From Squalus acanthias (lineage: Eukaryota), in the NCBI GenBank assembly GCA_030390025.1, contig CM059431.1, forward strand, positions 152,894,001 through 152,958,000: a stretch of DNA of 64,000 nucleotides. Direction: 5' to 3'. Under the pieces are notes generated by a model. That model ran no database searches and was not told the origin of the DNA. It worked only from the letters and a program-made list of their open reading frames with translations. Each line of letters starts with the position of its first letter. Within the stretch, counting starts at the first letter, position 1. The position numbers and the translations under genes were made by a program. Positions 61,916-64,000 of the stretch are shown here, piece by piece.

Positions 61916-64000
61916 CCTGCTGCAGAGTCTTTCTCATTAAAATGGGTCCCTGAAGGTGATAAACCCTCTTGAAAAGGGGTCCCTGATGGTGAGACTCTCT
62001 CTTTAAAAGGGGCCCCTGATGGGGAGACTTCCTCTTTAAACGGGGTTTCTGATGTTGAGACTCGCTCATTAAAGGGGTCCCTTATTGTGCGACTTCCTCT
62101 TTAAAAGGTGTCCCTGATGTTGAGATTTCCTCTTTAATCGGATTACCAGATGTTGAAACATTCTCTTCAAAAGGGGTCCCTGATGGTGAGACTGCCTTTT
62201 TAAAAGGGGCCCCTGATGGTGAGACTCCATATTTAAAGGGGTACCTAGTGCAGAGTCTCTCTCATTATAAGGGGGCCATGAAGGGGATACTCCCTCTTCA
62301 ATAGGGGTCCCTGATAGTGAGAGCCTCTCTTTAAAATGGATCTCTGATGGTGAGCCTTCCTCTTTAATAGATGTCCCTGATGATGAAACAACCTCTTTAA
62401 ATGGGTTCCCTGATGTTTAGACTGCCTCTTTAAAATGTATCCCTAATGGGGAGACTCTCTCTCTATGGTGTCCCTGATAGAAAGATGGCCTCTTTAAAAG
62501 GGATCAGTGATAGAAAGACTCTCTCTTTAAAATGGGTCCCCGAGGGGGAGACTCCCGCTTTAAAAGGGGTCCTTGACAGAAAGACTCTCTCTTTAAAAGA
62601 GATCCCTTATGATGAGACTCCCTCTTTAAAATGTTTCCATGAAGGAACCACTCCATCTTAAAAAGTGGTCACTGATAGAAAGATTCCCTCTTTAAAATGG
62701 GTCCTTGATAGTCAGACTTTCTCTTTAAAAGGGGTACCTGATGGTGAGAGTCTCTTTATAAGGGTCCCTGATGGTGAGAATCCCTCTTTTAACGGAGTCC
62801 TTGATGGTGTGACTCACTCTTTAAAAGGGTTCCTTGATGGTAAGACTCTTTCAAAGGGGATCCTGATGATGAGACTCACTTTTAAAAGGGTTCCCTGATG
62901 GTAAGACTCTTACAAAGGGGATCCTGATGATGGGACTCCCTCTTTGAAAGCGGTCCTAGATGGGGAGACAACCTCTTTAAAATGTGTCCCTGATTGAGAC
63001 GCTCATTCTTTAAACGGTGTACATAATAGGAAGATTCTCTTTAAAAGGGATCCCTGCTGGAAAGTCTCAATCTTTAAAATGGGTCGCCAAGGGTGAGACT
63101 CAATATTTAAACGGGCTCCCTGATAGAAAGACTCCCTCTTTAAAAGGGTTTTCTGATGTTGAGACTCCCTCATTAAAGGGGTCCTTTTTGGTGAGAAACC
63201 TTCTTTAAAATGGGCCCCTGATGGTGAGACTCCCTCTTTAAATGGGGTCCCTGATGTTGAGACTCCCTCTTTAAAATTAGACCCTGACGGTGAGATTCTC
63301 TTTAAAAGCGGTTCCTGATGGCGAGACTCCCTCTTTAAAGGGGTCCTTATGGTGAGACACCTTCTTTAAAATGGGCCCCAGAGGGTGGGGCTCCCTCTTT
63401 AAAAGAGGTACCTGATGTTGAGAATCACTCTTTAAAAGGGGCCCCTGATGTTGAGACTCTCTCTTTAAAAGGGATCGCTGATGGGGAAACACTCTCTTTA
63501 AAATGGGTCCCTGATGGGGAGACTCCCTCTTTAAAAGGGGTCGTTTAAAGTGAGACACCCTTTTTAAAAGGGCCCACAGATGGTGAGATGCAATTTAAAA
63601 GGGGCTCCTGATGGAGAGAATCTCTTTGAAAGATTTCCTGATGGTGAGACTCGCTCTGTAAAAGGGTTCCCTAATGTTCACTCTCCCACTTTAAAAGCGG
63701 CGTTTGATGGTGAGACTCTCTCTTTAAAATTGGTCCCTCATGTTGAGTCTCCCTCTTTAAAAGTTATCCCTGATAGAAAGACTCTCTCATTAAAAGCTGT
63801 CCCTGATGTTGAGACTCTCTTTTTAAAAGGGGTCCCTGATGGGGAGACTCGCTCTTTAAAAGCGGACCCTGATGCTGAAACTCCCTCTTTAAAAGGGGTC
63901 CCTGATGATGAGACTGCCTCTTTAAAAGGGGCCCCTGATGGTGAGACTCGCTCTTTAAAAGCGGACCCTGATGCTGAAACTCCCTCTTTAAAAGGGGTCC

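Larger units (their letters stand above)
54596..64000 (+). repeat. 33-bp satellite array, interrupted by LTR-like copies F and G
   Basis: Same monomer at 54596-55894, 59608-60383 and 61916-64000. Confidence 0.95.

Noticed and set aside
5105..63558. Repeat proteins (VPDGETPSLKG)n, (HHQGPLLKRES)n, (SPSGTPFKEGV)n
   Set aside because: A 33-nt unit gives 11-aa periodicity in several frames on both strands; frames break frequently and there is no exon structure.
4975..64000. CRISPR array (33-bp, partly palindromic repeats)
   Set aside because: Units are contiguous with no unique spacers, there are no cas genes, and the context is eukaryotic retroelements.

Overview
Repeat-only, heterochromatin-like vertebrate DNA, most likely from a cartilaginous fish (CR1/HER1-type LINE tails and a shark-type CAGTACTGCCCCTCCGACAGTG minisatellite). 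No host gene, RNA gene or CRISPR array is supported. The backbone (~4.97 kb to the end) is a diverged 33-bp satellite (consensus TCCCTGATGGTGAGACTCCCTCTTTAAAAGGGG) with orientation switches and higher-order duplications; most short ORFs in the track are artefacts of it. Inserted into or beside it are seven CR1-type LINE copies, a broken Harbinger/PIF transposon, a Tx1-like LINE 3' fragment, a second 33-bp minisatellite, and seven copies of a 1.1-1.5 kb AT-rich non-coding element. That element is not explained by the ORF track. It has solo-LTR architecture (TG...CA ends, 4-bp TSDs, variable U3-like repeats, TATA, AATAAA) and at least four different insertion positions in the satellite monomer. 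A nested CR1-in-CR1 insertion also created an uninterrupted 732-aa ORF1-esterase/RT fusion ORF. Family names come from motif recognition, not database searches. Boundaries are by eye.
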